This document shows positions 37,138 to 49,732 of a stretch of DNA of 64,000 bases, piece by piece. The stretch covers positions 9,810-73,809 of the forward strand of contig QCDN01000002.1 of the NCBI GenBank assembly GCA_003280885.1, in the 5' to 3' direction. The notes beneath the pieces were generated by a model. That model did not search any database, was not told where the DNA came from, and saw only the letters and a program-made list of their open reading frames with translations. The stretch comes from Prochlorococcus sp. AG-355-J04. Its GTDB lineage: Bacteria; Cyanobacteriota; Cyanobacteriia; PCC-6307; Cyanobiaceae. The stretch's first letter is position 1. Every line of letters starts with the position of its first letter. Made by a program: the position numbers and the translations under genes.

Positions 37138-37220
37138 CATTTCATAATAACTCCTAATTAGAAAATTTTTCAATTTAATGCTTATATTCACTAAGGTTTT
37201 ATAATTTTGGTCTAAATAAA

Positions 37221-38384
37221 TTACTTACCCATCCCAAGCTGCTGAGCTTTTTGATAAACCTTACCCTCTGTAAGAAGCGATGGTGCGATAACTATTTCAA
37301 CTTCTTGCATTTCTTTTATATTTTTTGCTCCAAGAGTACTCATTGATGTTCTAATGGCTCCTAATAAGTTATGCGTCCCATCGTCAAGTAGAGCAGGGCC
37401 TCTAATTATCCTTTCTAGGGATCCTGAAGACCCTACTTCAATTCTTGTTCCCCTTGGCAATACAGGACTTGGAGTGGCCATACCCCAGTGAAATCCTTTA
37501 CCTGGAGCATTTGAGGATTTAGCTATTGGGGATCCAATCATTACAGCATCTGCCCCACATGCTAAACATTTACAAATATCTCCACCAGTCACAATTCCTC
37601 CATCGCCAATAATAGGAATATAACGACCACTTTCTTTAAAGTAATCATTTCTTGCAGTACTACAATCAGCAATTGCAGTCGCTTGAGGGATTCCAATTCC
37701 CAATACTCCTCTTGAGGTACATGCCGCTCCAGGGCCTATACCTACCATTAATCCTGCAACTCCAGCATCCATGAGAAGTTTTGCTACATCGTAAGTGACA
37801 CAATTACCAGCAATAACTGGAACATTCATAGATTGGCATAGTTCTTTAATATTTAAGGTTTCCTTACCTTCCATGCCAAGATGTTCAGTTGAAACAACTG
37901 TTCCTTGAAGGAAAAATAAATCTAGTTTGGAATTATTAAGTGTTTCTTTAAACTTAATAGCAGCTTGAGGAGTTCCACTAAAAGCAGCGATACCTCCTCC
38001 TTCTTTAACCTCATTTATTCTTTGTAAAATCAATCCCTCCTTAACGGGTTCACTGTATATCTTCTGCATTAATGGAACGAAATCATTCTTCCCCACTGAT
38101 GCTATTTGATTCAATATTTCATCAGAATTTTCATATCTTGTTTGTATGCCCTCCATATTAATAACCCCTATGGAACCTAATTTTGTGAGTTCTACAGCCG
38201 TATTGACATCAACAACACTGTCCATCGCACTAGCTACGATCGGAACTTCTCTTTTGATATCACCTATTGACCAAGAAGGATCAGTCAAATCGTAATCAAG
38301 TGTTCTTTTACCGGGGACTAAAGCTATTTCATCAATGCCATAAGCCCTTTTGACTTTTTTATTTAAACCAAGTTCGATATTCAC
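37221..38384 (-). CDS. guaB: IMP dehydrogenase family protein (GuaB3 type, no CBS domains)
   Basis: SAMD, GIGPGAACTSR, DGG and WGMA motifs. Confidence 0.93.
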   Translation of the reverse strand: MNIELGLNKKVKRAYGIDEIALVPGKRTLDYDLTDPSWSIGDIKREVPIVASAMDSVVDVNTAVELTKLGSIGVINMEGIQTRYENSDEILNQIASVGKNDFVPLMQKIYSEPVKEGLILQRINEVKEGGGIAAFSGTPQAAIKFKETLNNSKLDLFFLQGTVVSTEHLGMEGKETLNIKELCQSMNVPVIAGNCVTYDVAKLLMDAGVAGLMVGIGPGAACTSRGVLGIGIPQATAIADCSTARNDYFKESGRYIPIIGDGGIVTGGDICKCLACGADAVMIGSPIAKSSNAPGKGFHWGMATPSPVLPRGTRIEVGSSGSLERIIRGPALLDDGTHNLLGAIRTSMSTLGAKNIKEMQEVEIVIAPSLLTEGKVYQKAQQLGMGK

Positions 38385-38564
38385 GAAATTTTTCTCTTTA
38401 TTTTGAATAAATTAACAACTAACGGGGTAATAAGCCAAGGTTTATTCAAAAACAACAGGTTTTATTTTGATTTGTGTGTAAATGTGAGTATTTGGGAATT
38501 AAATAAATATTTTTTTTTATTCATTATGACAATCAGCGATTATTATTAAAAAAAGGATTTTTAT

Positions 38565-41162
38565 ATGTCTGATATTTTAGATTCTGATAACTCAGGATTA
38601 AGCGAAGATAATGACCGGATTATTCAGACTGACCTAAGAAACGAGATGTCTCGCTCATACCTTGAATATGCAATGAGCGTTATAGTTGGTCGTGCTCTCC
38701 CAGATGCAAGAGATGGATTAAAACCTGTTCATAGGAGAATTCTTTATGCAATGTATGAACTTGGTTTAACTAGCGGTAGACCATACAGAAAATGTGCAAG
38801 AGTTGTTGGAGAAGTACTAGGCAAATACCACCCTCATGGCGATACTGCTGTTTATGATGCTTTGGTTAGGATGGCTCAGGATTTCTCTATGAGGATGCCA
38901 CTAATAGATGGCCATGGAAACTTTGGTTCTGTTGATAACGACCCTCCAGCTGCAATGAGATATACAGAATCTCGTTTACAGTCTCTTACAGATGAAAGTT
39001 TATTAGAGGATATTGAATCTGAAACTGTAGATTTTGCCGATAATTTTGACGGTTCTCAGCAAGAACCAACAGTTTTACCAGCGAGAATCCCTCAATTACT
39101 ACTAAATGGATCATCTGGAATAGCAGTAGGAATGGCAACTAATATTCCACCTCATAACTTAGGGGAATTAATTAATGGTCTCAAATCAATCATCAATAAC
39201 CCTTCGATTGAAGATAGAGAACTTTTTGAAATAATTAAGGGTCCTGATTTTCCCACAGGTGGTCAAATCTTAGGCAGAGATGGTATCAAAGAAACTTTTA
39301 AGACAGGGAGGGGTTCAATAACTATGAGAGGGGTAGCAAATATTGAGCAAATTAAATCCCCTGGTAGGGCAGAAAAAGATGCAGTAATAATAACAGAGCT
39401 ACCATTTCAAACTAACAAAGCGGCATTAATAGAGAGAATTGCTGACTTGGTTAATGAAAAAAAATTAGAAGGTATTTCTGATATTAGAGATGAAAGTGAT
39501 CGAGATGGAATGAGGATTGTAATTGAACTAAAAAGGGATGCCTACCCACAAGTAGTTTTAAATAATTTATTTAAGTTAACACCTCTACAAAATAACTTTA
39601 GTGCAAATATTCTTGCTTTAGTAAAAGGAGAGCCCACAACACTTTCACTCAGGAGAATGTTAGATGTATTTCTAGACTTCAGAGTTGAGACAATAAGGCG
39701 AAGAACAGGATTTTTATTAAAAAAGGCTGAAGAGAGGGATCACATTGTTAAAGGTCTTTTATTAGCACTGGGTGCTATGGATGAGATTATTAATCTAATA
39801 AGATCAGCAAAAGATACAGTTTCAGCCAGAGAAAAATTACAAACTGATCATGAGTTATCTGCCAGACAGGCAGAAGCTATTTTGCAAATGCAATTAAGAA
39901 GATTAACAGCACTAGAAGCAGATAAAATCAAAGGGGAACATGATGAGTTGACCAGAAAAATCAACTTATATCAACAAATATTGAATAGTAAAGAAAGAAT
40001 TTTTGAAATTATTCTTGAAGAACTTAATAAAATCGATGAAAGATTTTCCTCTCCCAGAAAAACAGAAATACTTGATTTAGGCGGTGGTCTAGATGATATT
40101 GATCTTATCGCTAATGACAGATCTGTAGTTTTATTGACTGAAGCAGGTTATTTAAAAAGAATGCCTGTTAATGAATTCGAATCTACAAGCCGTGGGTCTA
40201 GAGGTAAAGCTGGAACAAAGACACAAGAAGATGATGAAGTAAAACTATTTATAAGCTGTAATGATCATGATACTCTTTTGCTTTTTAGTGATAGAGGTGT
40301 ATCTTACGCTCTGCCAGCATATAGAGTTCCCATGAGTAGCAGAACAGCTAAAGGTACTCCATCAGTTCAACTTCTCCCAATACCAAGAGAAGAAAAGATA
40401 ACCTCGCTAGTTGCAGTAGATTCTTTTGATAACGATCATTATCTATTAATGTTAACCAAGGCTGGATTTATAAAAAGAACTTCACTTTCTGCTTTCTCAA
40501 AAATTAGATCAAATGGTTTAATAGCAATAAATCTTGAGGATGGAGATGCTTTAACTTGGGTTAGATTATCAAAAGAAGGTGACAGTGTTTTGATTGGATC
40601 AAGAACAGGAATGGCGATTCATTTCAGATTAGATATTAACGAATTAAGGCCACTAGGCAGGACGGCCAGGGGGGTTAAATCTATGAACATTAGGAAAGGA
40701 GACAATCTTGTATCTATGGATGTTTTGACATCTGATTTAGTTGATCAATTATCTAAAAATGAAGATCTTACTAAAGAATTTGATGAAAATCTTGAAGTTA
40801 ACTCTTCAGAAGGCCCTTGGGTACTAATAGCAAGTGCATTTGGACTAGGTAAAAGAGTACCTGTGACTCAATTTAGATTACAAAAAAGAGCAGGCATGGG
40901 TTTGAGAGCGATAAAATTCAGGATTAAAGATGATGTATTAGTTTGTTTGAAGGTCCTTGGAGAAGGGGAAGAATTACTTTTTGTGACCGAAAAAGGCGTG
41001 ATAGTGAGAACAAACGCAGATAAAATATCCCAACAATCTCGAGCTGCTACTGGAGTAAAATTACAAAGATTAGATGAGGGTGATCATTTATCAGAAGTTG
41101 TATTAGTTCCTCATGAACAAACAGAAGATACAGACCAACTCAACCAAGGCAAAGAACATTAA
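38565..41162 (+). CDS. gyrA: DNA gyrase subunit A
   Basis: [15 protein letters not shown] and AAMRYTE motifs; C-terminal pinwheel repeats. Confidence 0.97.
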   Translation: MSDILDSDNSGLSEDNDRIIQTDLRNEMSRSYLEYAMSVIVGRALPDARDGLKPVHRRILYAMYELGLTSGRPYRKCARVVGEVLGKYHPHGDTAVYDALVRMAQDFSMRMPLIDGHGNFGSVDNDPPAAMRYTESRLQSLTDESLLEDIESETVDFADNFDGSQQEPTVLPARIPQLLLNGSSGIAVGMATNIPPHNLGELINGLKSIINNPSIEDRELFEIIKGPDFPTGGQILGRDGIKETFKTGRGSITMRGVANIEQIKSPGRAEKDAVIITELPFQTNKAALIERIADLVNEKKLEGISDIRDESDRDGMRIVIELKRDAYPQVVLNNLFKLTPLQNNFSANILALVKGEPTTLSLRRMLDVFLDFRVETIRRRTGFLLKKAEERDHIVKGLLLALGAMDEIINLIRSAKDTVSAREKLQTDHELSARQAEAILQMQLRRLTALEADKIKGEHDELTRKINLYQQILNSKERIFEIILEELNKIDERFSSPRKTEILDLGGGLDDIDLIANDRSVVLLTEAGYLKRMPVNEFESTSRGSRGKAGTKTQEDDEVKLFISCNDHDTLLLFSDRGVSYALPAYRVPMSSRTAKGTPSVQLLPIPREEKITSLVAVDSFDNDHYLLMLTKAGFIKRTSLSAFSKIRSNGLIAINLEDGDALTWVRLSKEGDSVLIGSRTGMAIHFRLDINELRPLGRTARGVKSMNIRKGDNLVSMDVLTSDLVDQLSKNEDLTKEFDENLEVNSSEGPWVLIASAFGLGKRVPVTQFRLQKRAGMGLRAIKFRIKDDVLVCLKVLGEGEELLFVTEKGVIVRTNADKISQQSRAATGVKLQRLDEGDHLSEVVLVPHEQTEDTDQLNQGKEH

Positions 41163-41185
41163 AAGAAAATGGTTTATTAGATAAT

Positions 41186-42397
41186 ATGGAAATACTTGAT
41201 ATTCTAATTTTAGGTTCCGGGCCTGCAGCACTATGCTTGGCTTCAGAATTAGCCAAGCAAAATCTAAATATTAAAGGCATATCAACTAAATCTCCAAATG
41301 AGAAATGGGAAAATACATATGGTATTTGGGCTTCTGAATTAGAGGAATTAGGATTAGAGTCTTTGTTATCTCATCGGTGGTGCAAAACAGTTAGTTTTTT
41401 TGGAAATGGCGAAAATAAAAAGGGAGATAATCCTACAAAACATAATTATGATTATGGTTTAATAAATCAAGAAGCTTTTCAAAACGAACTTTTAAAAAAG
41501 TGTAACGGGATTGAATGGTTGAATGAAACAGCAAAAGATATTAAAGAGAAAAATAAACTATCTGAAGTGATTTGTTTTTCAGGTCTAAGAATAAAGGCGA
41601 GGTTAGTCATTGACGCAAGTGGTCATAAAAGTAATTTCATAAAAAGACCAGTTCAAAATGAAATCGCTCAACAAGCTGCGTATGGGATTGTCGGTAAATT
41701 TTCATCGCCGCCAGTTAATAAGGATCAGTTTGTTTTAATGGATTTTCGTCCAAATCATTTAAACATTGAAGAAAAGTTATCATCTCCTTCCTTTCTTTAT
41801 GCAATGGATCTTGGAAATGAAACTTTTTTTGTTGAAGAAACATCATTAGCTAGTTATCCTGCCTTATCCCAAGAGAATCTCAAAAAAAGACTGTTTAAAA
41901 GATTGAATAGCAAGGGTATTCAGGTAAGTGAAATTTTTCATGAAGAGAATTGCCTTTTTCCAATGAATTTACCCCTCCCATTTAAAAAACAATTTGTACT
42001 TGGTTTCGGAGGTTCTGCAAGCATGGTACATCCTGCATCAGGATATATGATCGGATCTTTATTAAGAAGAGCTCCACTCCTTGCAAAAAAATTAGCAATC
42101 TTTTTAAAAGAACCTAATCTCAGCTCTCTTGAAATAGCAACAAAAGGTTGGGAGATCCTTTGGCCTTACGAGTTAATACAAAGGCATAAACTTTACCAAT
42201 ATGGTTTAAGAAGACTAATGAGTTTTGACGAAAGTAGATTAAGAAGCTTTTTCTCAAATTTCTTTAGATTATCGACTAATGAGTGGGTAGGTTTTCTTAC
42301 TAATACACTTCCACTTCCAAAACTAATTTACGTGATGAGTAAGATGTTTATAAATTCACCTCTAAAAGTAAAACTAGGTATGCTTAAGTTAAATTAG
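41186..42397 (+). CDS. crtL: Lycopene cyclase (CrtL type, probably beta)
   Basis: GSGPA, TYGIW, LMDFR, FLYAM, EETSL and VHPASGY motifs. Confidence 0.9.
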   Translation: MEILDILILGSGPAALCLASELAKQNLNIKGISTKSPNEKWENTYGIWASELEELGLESLLSHRWCKTVSFFGNGENKKGDNPTKHNYDYGLINQEAFQNELLKKCNGIEWLNETAKDIKEKNKLSEVICFSGLRIKARLVIDASGHKSNFIKRPVQNEIAQQAAYGIVGKFSSPPVNKDQFVLMDFRPNHLNIEEKLSSPSFLYAMDLGNETFFVEETSLASYPALSQENLKKRLFKRLNSKGIQVSEIFHEENCLFPMNLPLPFKKQFVLGFGGSASMVHPASGYMIGSLLRRAPLLAKKLAIFLKEPNLSSLEIATKGWEILWPYELIQRHKLYQYGLRRLMSFDESRLRSFFSNFFRLSTNEWVGFLTNTLPLPKLIYVMSKMFINSPLKVKLGMLKLN

Positions 42398-42403
42398 TAT
42401 TTT

Positions 42404-43987
42404 CTATTTTCGCCAATCATCAATATTAATATCTGGGAAAACTTTATCTTCTTCCTCAATATCTTCTAGAAATTTTAAATTTATATTGGAATGATTTTTT
42501 ATCATTTCAACTATTTTCCAGAACCTGAACAAATGTCTTTCTATTCTCTCTTTTGCAAGTTCAGTTGTAGTTCCAGCTCTTAGTATAAAACTCCAATCAG
42601 AGGACTCAGAGAGAAGTAATTCTCTTGCTGCTTGCTTGAAAAGTCTTAGAGATAGTTCATTATTAAAATTTTTAGAGCATAACTCAACAAAAGTTGAGCC
42701 TGCTTTAGTGATTTCAGGGACAATCCAAGCATTTGCATCATTAATCCAATAGTTATGGTAACCTCCTTGTCCCCAACTTGATTGTGATGGATCGCAAATC
42801 TGAAGATTTGGCTTTTGAATTAAGAATTCTTTTAAATTTGTAAGCTTAATTGAATATTTACTAGAGTTTTTTAAAATATTTTCAATAAAAAAAGGTCCCT
42901 CATACCACCAATGACCAAATAACTCTGCATCAAATGGAGCTACCAATAAGGGCTTAAAGGAAGAGGATAATGTTAATTTTTCTAATTGTTTGGATCTCGC
43001 GAGAAGATAAGAATCAGCATGTTCTGCAACCTTTTTTTTGGCTTCATTTTCTAAGTAAAACGCCTTTTCCCCCAATGGTACCTTATCATCTGTAATCTTA
43101 TGAAACTTTAAGCCCAAAGGTCTTTTAGTTGAGATACCTTTCTTTTGGAGTTTAGAGATTGGTAATTCCCATCCCAAATCTTTATGAAATTCCCTATAAA
43201 CTTTGTCTCCGGGGAACCCGTCCTTTGCAGACCAAACAGGTAAAGTTGACTCACTATCTCTTCCAAAGAAGGCTACTCCTTTTTTCGAGCATATTGGAGC
43301 ATACACACCATACCTAGGCCTTGGTGTAGCGTTTAGAATACCGTGACCATCCAAGATTGCATATCTAATTCCTGAATTAAATAGCATTTCATCTAAATTC
43401 TCATAATATGCACATTCAGGTAACCAAATACCTAAAGGCTTAGTTCCAAGAATATTTTTATGGTTCCTAATGGCTGTATTGATTTGTCCTTTAACAGTTT
43501 CTGGATTCTCCCTTAGAATTGGTAGATAGCCGTGTGTAGCAGCACAAGTAAGAATATCCAAATTTCCAGAGTTATTTAAAACTCTAAACTTCTCAATTAA
43601 ATTTCCATAACATTTTTGCCAATACATGTATTTATCATTAAGATTTTTCATTAAAAATGCAGAGGCATTTTTTTCTTCTTTTGGCAGTTCGTTCAAGAAA
43701 TCATTTCTTGTTTCAATCCATCTTGGAAATGTTTCTTGAATTTTTTTATTATTTAGAAGTGATAATAATGTTGGAGACAAACTAATAGTAAGTTTGGTAT
43801 TTAAAGGATTTTCATTTTTGGAAGATTCTATTGATTGAAGTATTGGTATATAACATTCCAAAATCGCCTGAAATAACCAATCCTCTTCTAATGAGTTTTT
43901 TTCATTTTTTCTGACATAAGGTAGATGAGCATGTAAAACTATCGCTAACTGGCCTAAAACATTATTTTTAGAGTATTGCCCATTCAT
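42404..43987 (-). CDS. GH57 glycoside hydrolase / branching enzyme (DUF1957)
   Basis: LHAHLP, WLPEC, FDAELFGHWWYEG and SSDW motifs. Confidence 0.93.
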   Translation of the reverse strand: MNGQYSKNNVLGQLAIVLHAHLPYVRKNEKNSLEEDWLFQAILECYIPILQSIESSKNENPLNTKLTISLSPTLLSLLNNKKIQETFPRWIETRNDFLNELPKEEKNASAFLMKNLNDKYMYWQKCYGNLIEKFRVLNNSGNLDILTCAATHGYLPILRENPETVKGQINTAIRNHKNILGTKPLGIWLPECAYYENLDEMLFNSGIRYAILDGHGILNATPRPRYGVYAPICSKKGVAFFGRDSESTLPVWSAKDGFPGDKVYREFHKDLGWELPISKLQKKGISTKRPLGLKFHKITDDKVPLGEKAFYLENEAKKKVAEHADSYLLARSKQLEKLTLSSSFKPLLVAPFDAELFGHWWYEGPFFIENILKNSSKYSIKLTNLKEFLIQKPNLQICDPSQSSWGQGGYHNYWINDANAWIVPEITKAGSTFVELCSKNFNNELSLRLFKQAARELLLSESSDWSFILRAGTTTELAKERIERHLFRFWKIVEMIKNHSNINLKFLEDIEEEDKVFPDINIDDWRK

Positions 43988-44210
43988 ACTTTTTAAATTT
44001 ATGCCTATAAATCTATAAAAAATCGAAATTATTTTTATAAAAATAAGACTTCAATACTAAAACAATACTTTAAAAATTATAGTATTTGATTTTTTTTTCA
44101 GAATTTTAACCAATATTATTTAAGTTAATAACTTTCATCAAAGTACTATTGAACTAAATCTAGTCAAATTTTTTTAATTAGCTTAATATAAGTTTAAGTT
44201 ATTCCTTCTG

Positions 44211-45851
44211 ATGTCAAAAGATCCTGGAAGAATTTTGATATTTGATACAACTCTTCGAGATGGAGAGCAATCTCCTGGTGCCAGTTTAAATCTCGAAGAA
44301 AAACTTGCTATCGCGCATCAATTAGCAAGATTAGGAGTTGATGTTATTGAAGCTGGATTCCCTTTCGCAAGTCCTGGAGATTTTAAAGCTGTTAATAAAA
44401 TTGCCAATGCCGTAGGGAAAGAAAATGGCCCTATAATATGCGGTTTAGCTAGAGCGTCTAAAGGAGATATAAAAGCATGCTACGAAGCAGTAAGCCCAGC
44501 CCCCAAGAAAAGAATACATACTTTTATTGCGACAAGTGATATTCATCTTAAACATAAACTTAAAAAATCCAGAAAAGATGTTCTTCAAATAGTTCCAGAA
44601 ATGGTTAATTATGCAAAATCATTAGTAGATGATATTGAGTTTTCTTGTGAAGATGCCTCAAGGAGTGATCCTGATTTTTTATACGAAGTGATTCAACTAG
44701 CAATTTCTGCAGGAGCAACAACAATAAATATTCCTGATACTGTTGGATTTACTACTCCTAGTGAATTTGGCAAACTAATTGCCGATATAAATGAAAATGT
44801 TCCAAATATTGATGAGGCAGTAATCTCGGTTCATGGTCATAACGATTTAGGTTTAGCCGTAGCCAATTTTCTTGAGGCAGTTAAAAATGGAGCAAGACAA
44901 CTAGAATGTACTATTAATGGAATTGGTGAAAGAGCCGGGAATGCCTCTCTAGAAGAATTAGTAATGGCACTTCATGTTAGGAAAAGTTATTTTAATAGTT
45001 TTTTCAAAAGAAATCCAGATTCACCAACTCCACTTACAGCTATAAGAACTGAAGAAATAACAAAAACCTCTAGACTTGTTTCTAACCTAACTGGAATGAC
45101 TGTACAACCTAATAAAGCAATTGTGGGAGCTAATGCTTTCGCACATGAGTCAGGCATTCATCAGGATGGGGTTTTAAAAAATAGACTAACTTACGAAATT
45201 ATTGATGCAAAAACTATCGGTTTGAGTGATAACAAAATATCTTTAGGGAAACTTAGTGGAAGAAGTGCAGTAAGAGCTAGATTAGAAGAGATGGGATATG
45301 ACTTGAGCCGAGAAGATTTAAATGATGCTTTTGCTCGTTTTAAGGATTTGGCTGATAGGAAAAGAGAAATTACTGATAGAGACTTAGAAGCAATTGTTAG
45401 TGAACAAGTTCAGCTCCCAGAAGCCAAATTTCAATTAAGTCTTGTACAAGTAAGTTGTGGTAACGCATCTAAACCTACTGCCACCATTTCCCTTCTAAAC
45501 ACTGATGACAATAGTGAGGATACTGCTGTATCAATAGGGACTGGGCCCGTTGATGCTGTATGTGAGGCTTTAAATAAATTAGCTAAAGTTCCTAATGAAT
45601 TAATTGAATTTTCTGTTAAGTCCGTAACAGAGGGAATTGATGCTTTGGGCGAAGTAACAATAAGAATAAGAAGGGACAATAAAATATATTCTGGTCATTC
45701 TGCTGATACGGATGTTGTAGTTGCTGCAGCGAATGCTTACGTTAATGCTTTAAATAGACTTGTATTTTCTGAGAAAAAAAATTCGATTCATCCACAATTT
45801 GATAATTTAGAAAATTCTGATAATACTTTTTTATCTAACTCTACAAATTAA
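44211..45851 (+). CDS. leuA: 2-isopropylmalate synthase
   Basis: [22 protein letters not shown] and HESGIHQDG motifs. Confidence 0.97.
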   Translation: MSKDPGRILIFDTTLRDGEQSPGASLNLEEKLAIAHQLARLGVDVIEAGFPFASPGDFKAVNKIANAVGKENGPIICGLARASKGDIKACYEAVSPAPKKRIHTFIATSDIHLKHKLKKSRKDVLQIVPEMVNYAKSLVDDIEFSCEDASRSDPDFLYEVIQLAISAGATTINIPDTVGFTTPSEFGKLIADINENVPNIDEAVISVHGHNDLGLAVANFLEAVKNGARQLECTINGIGERAGNASLEELVMALHVRKSYFNSFFKRNPDSPTPLTAIRTEEITKTSRLVSNLTGMTVQPNKAIVGANAFAHESGIHQDGVLKNRLTYEIIDAKTIGLSDNKISLGKLSGRSAVRARLEEMGYDLSREDLNDAFARFKDLADRKREITDRDLEAIVSEQVQLPEAKFQLSLVQVSCGNASKPTATISLLNTDDNSEDTAVSIGTGPVDAVCEALNKLAKVPNELIEFSVKSVTEGIDALGEVTIRIRRDNKIYSGHSADTDVVVAAANAYVNALNRLVFSEKKNSIHPQFDNLENSDNTFLSNSTN

Positions 45852-45933
45852 ATTATTTCTTAGGATTATTAAGTAGCACTAAAAAATAGTCTCTTAATAC
45901 TGTAGATTGAATAAATATTTAAAGCAGTAAATA

Positions 45934-46326
45934 ATGAGAGAAAGGGTATTTGGATATTGGGCACTTTCGTGGGTTGGTTTAATCGGCAACATTATTGCAC
46001 TTCCAATAATCGCGTTAATAATAAGTTATGGTCCTCCACTTAAAGTTGCAAATATAACTCTTGCCATAAGTCTTGGATGGCCTGCTGCAATTGTTGGAAT
46101 AGTTTCTTCAGCAGCTCTTCTAGCAGAGAGAAAATGGGGAGTAACTTTAACTCTAGTATCTTTATCAATGGTAATTTCTGGTATGGGTCCTTATACAGTT
46201 GTAAGGCTCATAACTCTTCAAGACATTTATGGAATTGGTGGGTTTACTCTTTTAACAACATTATTAAGTACGTTAGCTCTTCTTTATTGGTGTAATCCAA
46301 AACATCGAAGAAGTATTAGGTTATAA
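45934..46326 (+). CDS. Hypothetical 4-TM membrane protein
   Basis: ORF track, hydrophobic. Confidence 0.75.
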   Translation: MRERVFGYWALSWVGLIGNIIALPIIALIISYGPPLKVANITLAISLGWPAAIVGIVSSAALLAERKWGVTLTLVSLSMVISGMGPYTVVRLITLQDIYGIGGFTLLTTLLSTLALLYWCNPKHRRSIRL

Positions 46327-46335
46327 AATTGCAAA

Positions 46336-47808
46336 TTAAGAAAAAGTATTATTCTTGCTAGTTGGATACTGAATTCTTCTATGTCTAATTCTTTTCCAGA
46401 CATTCAAGAATGCCCTTTTTATTAGAAAAATTTCTCCTCTCGATAAGTTACTATCATCTAATTGCCCATCTTTTTTACGAGAGTAGATAATTTTAGAAAT
46501 TGTTTCCAAAGCTTCTTTATCAGATGCATTAATATTCATAGCTCTTAGTGCTGCTTCACATCCATCTGCAAGCATTAAGATAGCTGTTTCTTTTGACTGA
46601 GGAGTAGGGCCTTTGTATCTAAAATGATGTTCATTAATGTCGATATTTTTTTCTTTAGCTTTTTGAAAAAAATATCCCATTTTCAAGGTGCCTTGATGTT
46701 CGGGTATAAAATTAGCTATCAGTTTAGGCAGCCTATTTTTTCTTGCAAATTTCAATCCTTCATCAACGTGTGCCTGTAATACTTCTGCACTTTTAATCGG
46801 ATCATCTAATTCGTCATGGGGATTTTTTGAACCATCCTGATTTTCAATAAACCAATTAGGTGCATGCAATTTCCCCACATCATGATATAACGCTCCAGTT
46901 TTAATTAGATCAATATCACCACCAATCATTCTTGTTGCTTCCTCTGCTAAACCACATATAAGTAAGGTATGTTCAAAAGTGCCGGGAGCTTCTAGGGACA
47001 ATCTTCTAATTAGAGGTTTCTCCTTATCAGCTAATTCGAGTAATCTTGCTTTAGTTAATAATCCGAATATCGATTCAAAAATAGGAATAAATAAAATTGT
47101 AAAAAGCATTGCTATTGCCAATAGCAAGGAATCAGAAAATATATCCCCATTAGCTAAAACAAAATCTTGCTTATTAATAAGAGATATTTTATCTTTACCT
47201 ATCAATATCCATTGACTCAAGAACGATCCTATGGGTACAAAAATTGATAGTTGAAGTAACTGAGCTCTGCTTCTTATTTTTCCTCCTAGAAGAGATACTA
47301 CTGAAGCACAAACTAATAAAACAAAAAATAAATTGTTATTGATAATAATTTCTGGGTCAGGCCAAATAAGACTCGCTATTGATACCCATGCTAAAGCTGT
47401 TATGCTCCCCATTCCTTGAGATATTATTAATGCCGGTGGAATTATCAAAGCTAATGGACTTATGATTGAAGCTAAGGTTAATTTGGTAAATTGTACTGCT
47501 AAAAGAAGAGTAATGATCAAGAAGATCTGTCTTGAAGAAATTGTGGGATTTTCTTTTTTTGAAACTAATATCAAAATTCCAGAACTAATAAGAATTTCAG
47601 TAAAGGTCAAAAGCCAAGAAAAAATATCTGTGATATTTAAAGGAGAGATAAGAAGTAGTTTATAAGAAGAAATTATTGAAATTAAAATGCATACTAAAAA
47701 AATTATGAGATTATCTATTCTTGAAATTTTAATTGGTTGTTTTACTGGGACTTGACTTCGCCTCCACAGATAAAACAATTTCTTTAAGTTAGTTGTGAGG
47801 TTTTGCAC
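46336..47808 (-). CDS. 7TM-HD (HDIG) phosphohydrolase, PgpH-like
   Basis: TM block, then APGTFEH, YHDVGK, FIENQ, HV.EG, YKGP.P and MLAD motifs. Confidence 0.88.
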   Translation of the reverse strand: MQNLTTNLKKLFYLWRRSQVPVKQPIKISRIDNLIIFLVCILISIISSYKLLLISPLNITDIFSWLLTFTEILISSGILILVSKKENPTISSRQIFLIITLLLAVQFTKLTLASIISPLALIIPPALIISQGMGSITALAWVSIASLIWPDPEIIINNNLFFVLLVCASVVSLLGGKIRSRAQLLQLSIFVPIGSFLSQWILIGKDKISLINKQDFVLANGDIFSDSLLLAIAMLFTILFIPIFESIFGLLTKARLLELADKEKPLIRRLSLEAPGTFEHTLLICGLAEEATRMIGGDIDLIKTGALYHDVGKLHAPNWFIENQDGSKNPHDELDDPIKSAEVLQAHVDEGLKFARKNRLPKLIANFIPEHQGTLKMGYFFQKAKEKNIDINEHHFRYKGPTPQSKETAILMLADGCEAALRAMNINASDKEALETISKIIYSRKKDGQLDDSNLSRGEIFLIKRAFLNVWKRIRHRRIQYPTSKNNTFS

Positions 47809-47882
47809 AGAATATAGATTAACCTAATTGAATAATTTAAAATTATAGGCATGCTAGGTGTAAAAAGGAGATGTTTTTCTAA

Positions 47883-48779
47883 ATGTCCTTAAAATTAGAC
47901 GGTAAAAAATTATCTCTTGAAATTGAAGAAAGATTAAATGACTATATCTCTACTAATAAAAAAATTGCAAAAAGAGCTCCCGGTTTAGCTGTAATAAGAA
48001 TAGGTGAAGACCCTGCTAGTGGTGTTTACGTTAATAACAAGGAAAAAGCATGTACAAGGATTGGAATAAAGAGCTTTATCTTTCATCTAAAAGATAGTGT
48101 AGAGCAAAAAGAAGTGGAACAATTAATAATCAAACTTAATTCTGATAAGAACATTGATGGAATGTTACTACAACTTCCCATCCCAAAGAAATTTGACGAG
48201 CAAAGACTGATCAGCCATATTAATCCAAGTAAAGATGTAGATGGATTAAATGAGATAAACATCGGCAAATTAGTGAAAAATGAGCCTGCGATGAGATCAT
48301 GTACACCCGCCGGAATTATTAATTTATTAAGATCCCAAAATATTACAATTGAAGGCAAGAAAATTATTGTTATCGGGAGAAGTTTGCTTGTTGGGAAACC
48401 CCTATCGCTTATGTTGTTAAATTTAAATGGCACGGTAACAATGACTCATTCTAAAACATTAAATTTGAATAAAGTCTGTAGAGAAGCTGACATTCTAATT
48501 GCAGCTGCAGGAAAACCCAATCTTATAGATTCGAGTTTTGTTAAAGAAGGAGCAGTAATTATTGATGTGGGAATACATAGATTAAAAAGTTCCGATAAAA
48601 ATCAAACCAGATTATGTGGCGATGTATTATTAGAGGATGTCATTTCTAAAGTATCTGCTTACACACCTGTACCAGGAGGTGTTGGACCAATGACAGTAAC
48701 AATGTTACTTGTAAATACTATTTTTAGCTGGCAAAAACAATTTGGTTTATCATCAACTCTTAATGACCTTTTGCCATAA
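47883..48779 (+). CDS. folD: Methylene-THF dehydrogenase/cyclohydrolase
   Basis: KDVDG, CTP, GRS..VGKP and [11 protein letters not shown] motifs. Confidence 0.97.
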   Translation: MSLKLDGKKLSLEIEERLNDYISTNKKIAKRAPGLAVIRIGEDPASGVYVNNKEKACTRIGIKSFIFHLKDSVEQKEVEQLIIKLNSDKNIDGMLLQLPIPKKFDEQRLISHINPSKDVDGLNEINIGKLVKNEPAMRSCTPAGIINLLRSQNITIEGKKIIVIGRSLLVGKPLSLMLLNLNGTVTMTHSKTLNLNKVCREADILIAAAGKPNLIDSSFVKEGAVIIDVGIHRLKSSDKNQTRLCGDVLLEDVISKVSAYTPVPGGVGPMTVTMLLVNTIFSWQKQFGLSSTLNDLLP

Positions 48780-48816
48780 TCTCTAAGATGAAAAAAATTT
48801 CTACTGAAGGTATAAA

Positions 48817-49719
48817 ATGACTGAATTTGTAAATAATATTTCTGATTTTGAAAAATATCTTAAAAAAACAAAAAAGGTTGTAGAAGAAGCACTTGATTTT
48901 TCCTTGGGCCCTGAGAATCCAGAAATATTAAGAGAATCAATGAGATATTCCCTTCTAGCTGGAGGGAAAAGAATACGTCCAATTTTATGTTTAGCATCAT
49001 GCTCACTTGCTGGAGGAGAACCCTCTCTTGCTATTCCTACTGCGGTAGCAATAGAAATGATCCATACAATGTCCTTAATTCATGATGATCTGCCCGCAAT
49101 GGATAATGATGACTTGAGGAGAGGTAGGCCGACAAATCATAAGGTATATGGAGACGCCATAGCTATTCTTGCAGGCGATGCTTTATTAACTAGGGCCTTT
49201 GAAATGGTCTCTTTAAGAAGCCCTGGAGTAGATCCAAATAGATTATTAAATGTAGTTGGCGAATTATCTTTAGTTTCTGGTGCACCAGGTCTAGTCGGGG
49301 GACAAGTTGTTGACTTGGAATGCGAAGGCAAAGAAGTCGACCTTGAAACTCTCGAATATATTCATCTTCACAAGACTGGAGCTTTATTAAAGGCCTGCGT
49401 AAGAACAGGCGCAATGATTGCAGGCGCTAACGAAAAACTATTACAAGCTCTGACAACATATGCAGAGGGAATTGGTTTAGCCTTCCAAATAATAGATGAT
49501 ATTCTTGATTTAACTTCAAGCAGTGAAAAGCTTGGTAAAACTGCCGGCAAAGATCTCTTGGCTGACAAAACTACTTACCCTAAATTACTTGGAATGGAGG
49601 AGTCAAAGAAAAGAGCATTCGATTTAGTTGAAAAAGCAAAAAAAGCAATTGAACCTTGGGGTGCAGATGCGAAGTATTTAATATCGTTAGCCGACTTTAT
49701 TACCAATAGAGACAAATAA
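48817..49719 (+). CDS. crtE: Geranylgeranyl diphosphate synthase
   Basis: [15 protein letters not shown]...RRG and FQIIDDILD motifs. Confidence 0.95.
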   Translation: MTEFVNNISDFEKYLKKTKKVVEEALDFSLGPENPEILRESMRYSLLAGGKRIRPILCLASCSLAGGEPSLAIPTAVAIEMIHTMSLIHDDLPAMDNDDLRRGRPTNHKVYGDAIAILAGDALLTRAFEMVSLRSPGVDPNRLLNVVGELSLVSGAPGLVGGQVVDLECEGKEVDLETLEYIHLHKTGALLKACVRTGAMIAGANEKLLQALTTYAEGIGLAFQIIDDILDLTSSSEKLGKTAGKDLLADKTTYPKLLGMEESKKRAFDLVEKAKKAIEPWGADAKYLISLADFITNRDK

Positions 49720-49732
49720 TCAATTTTAATTT

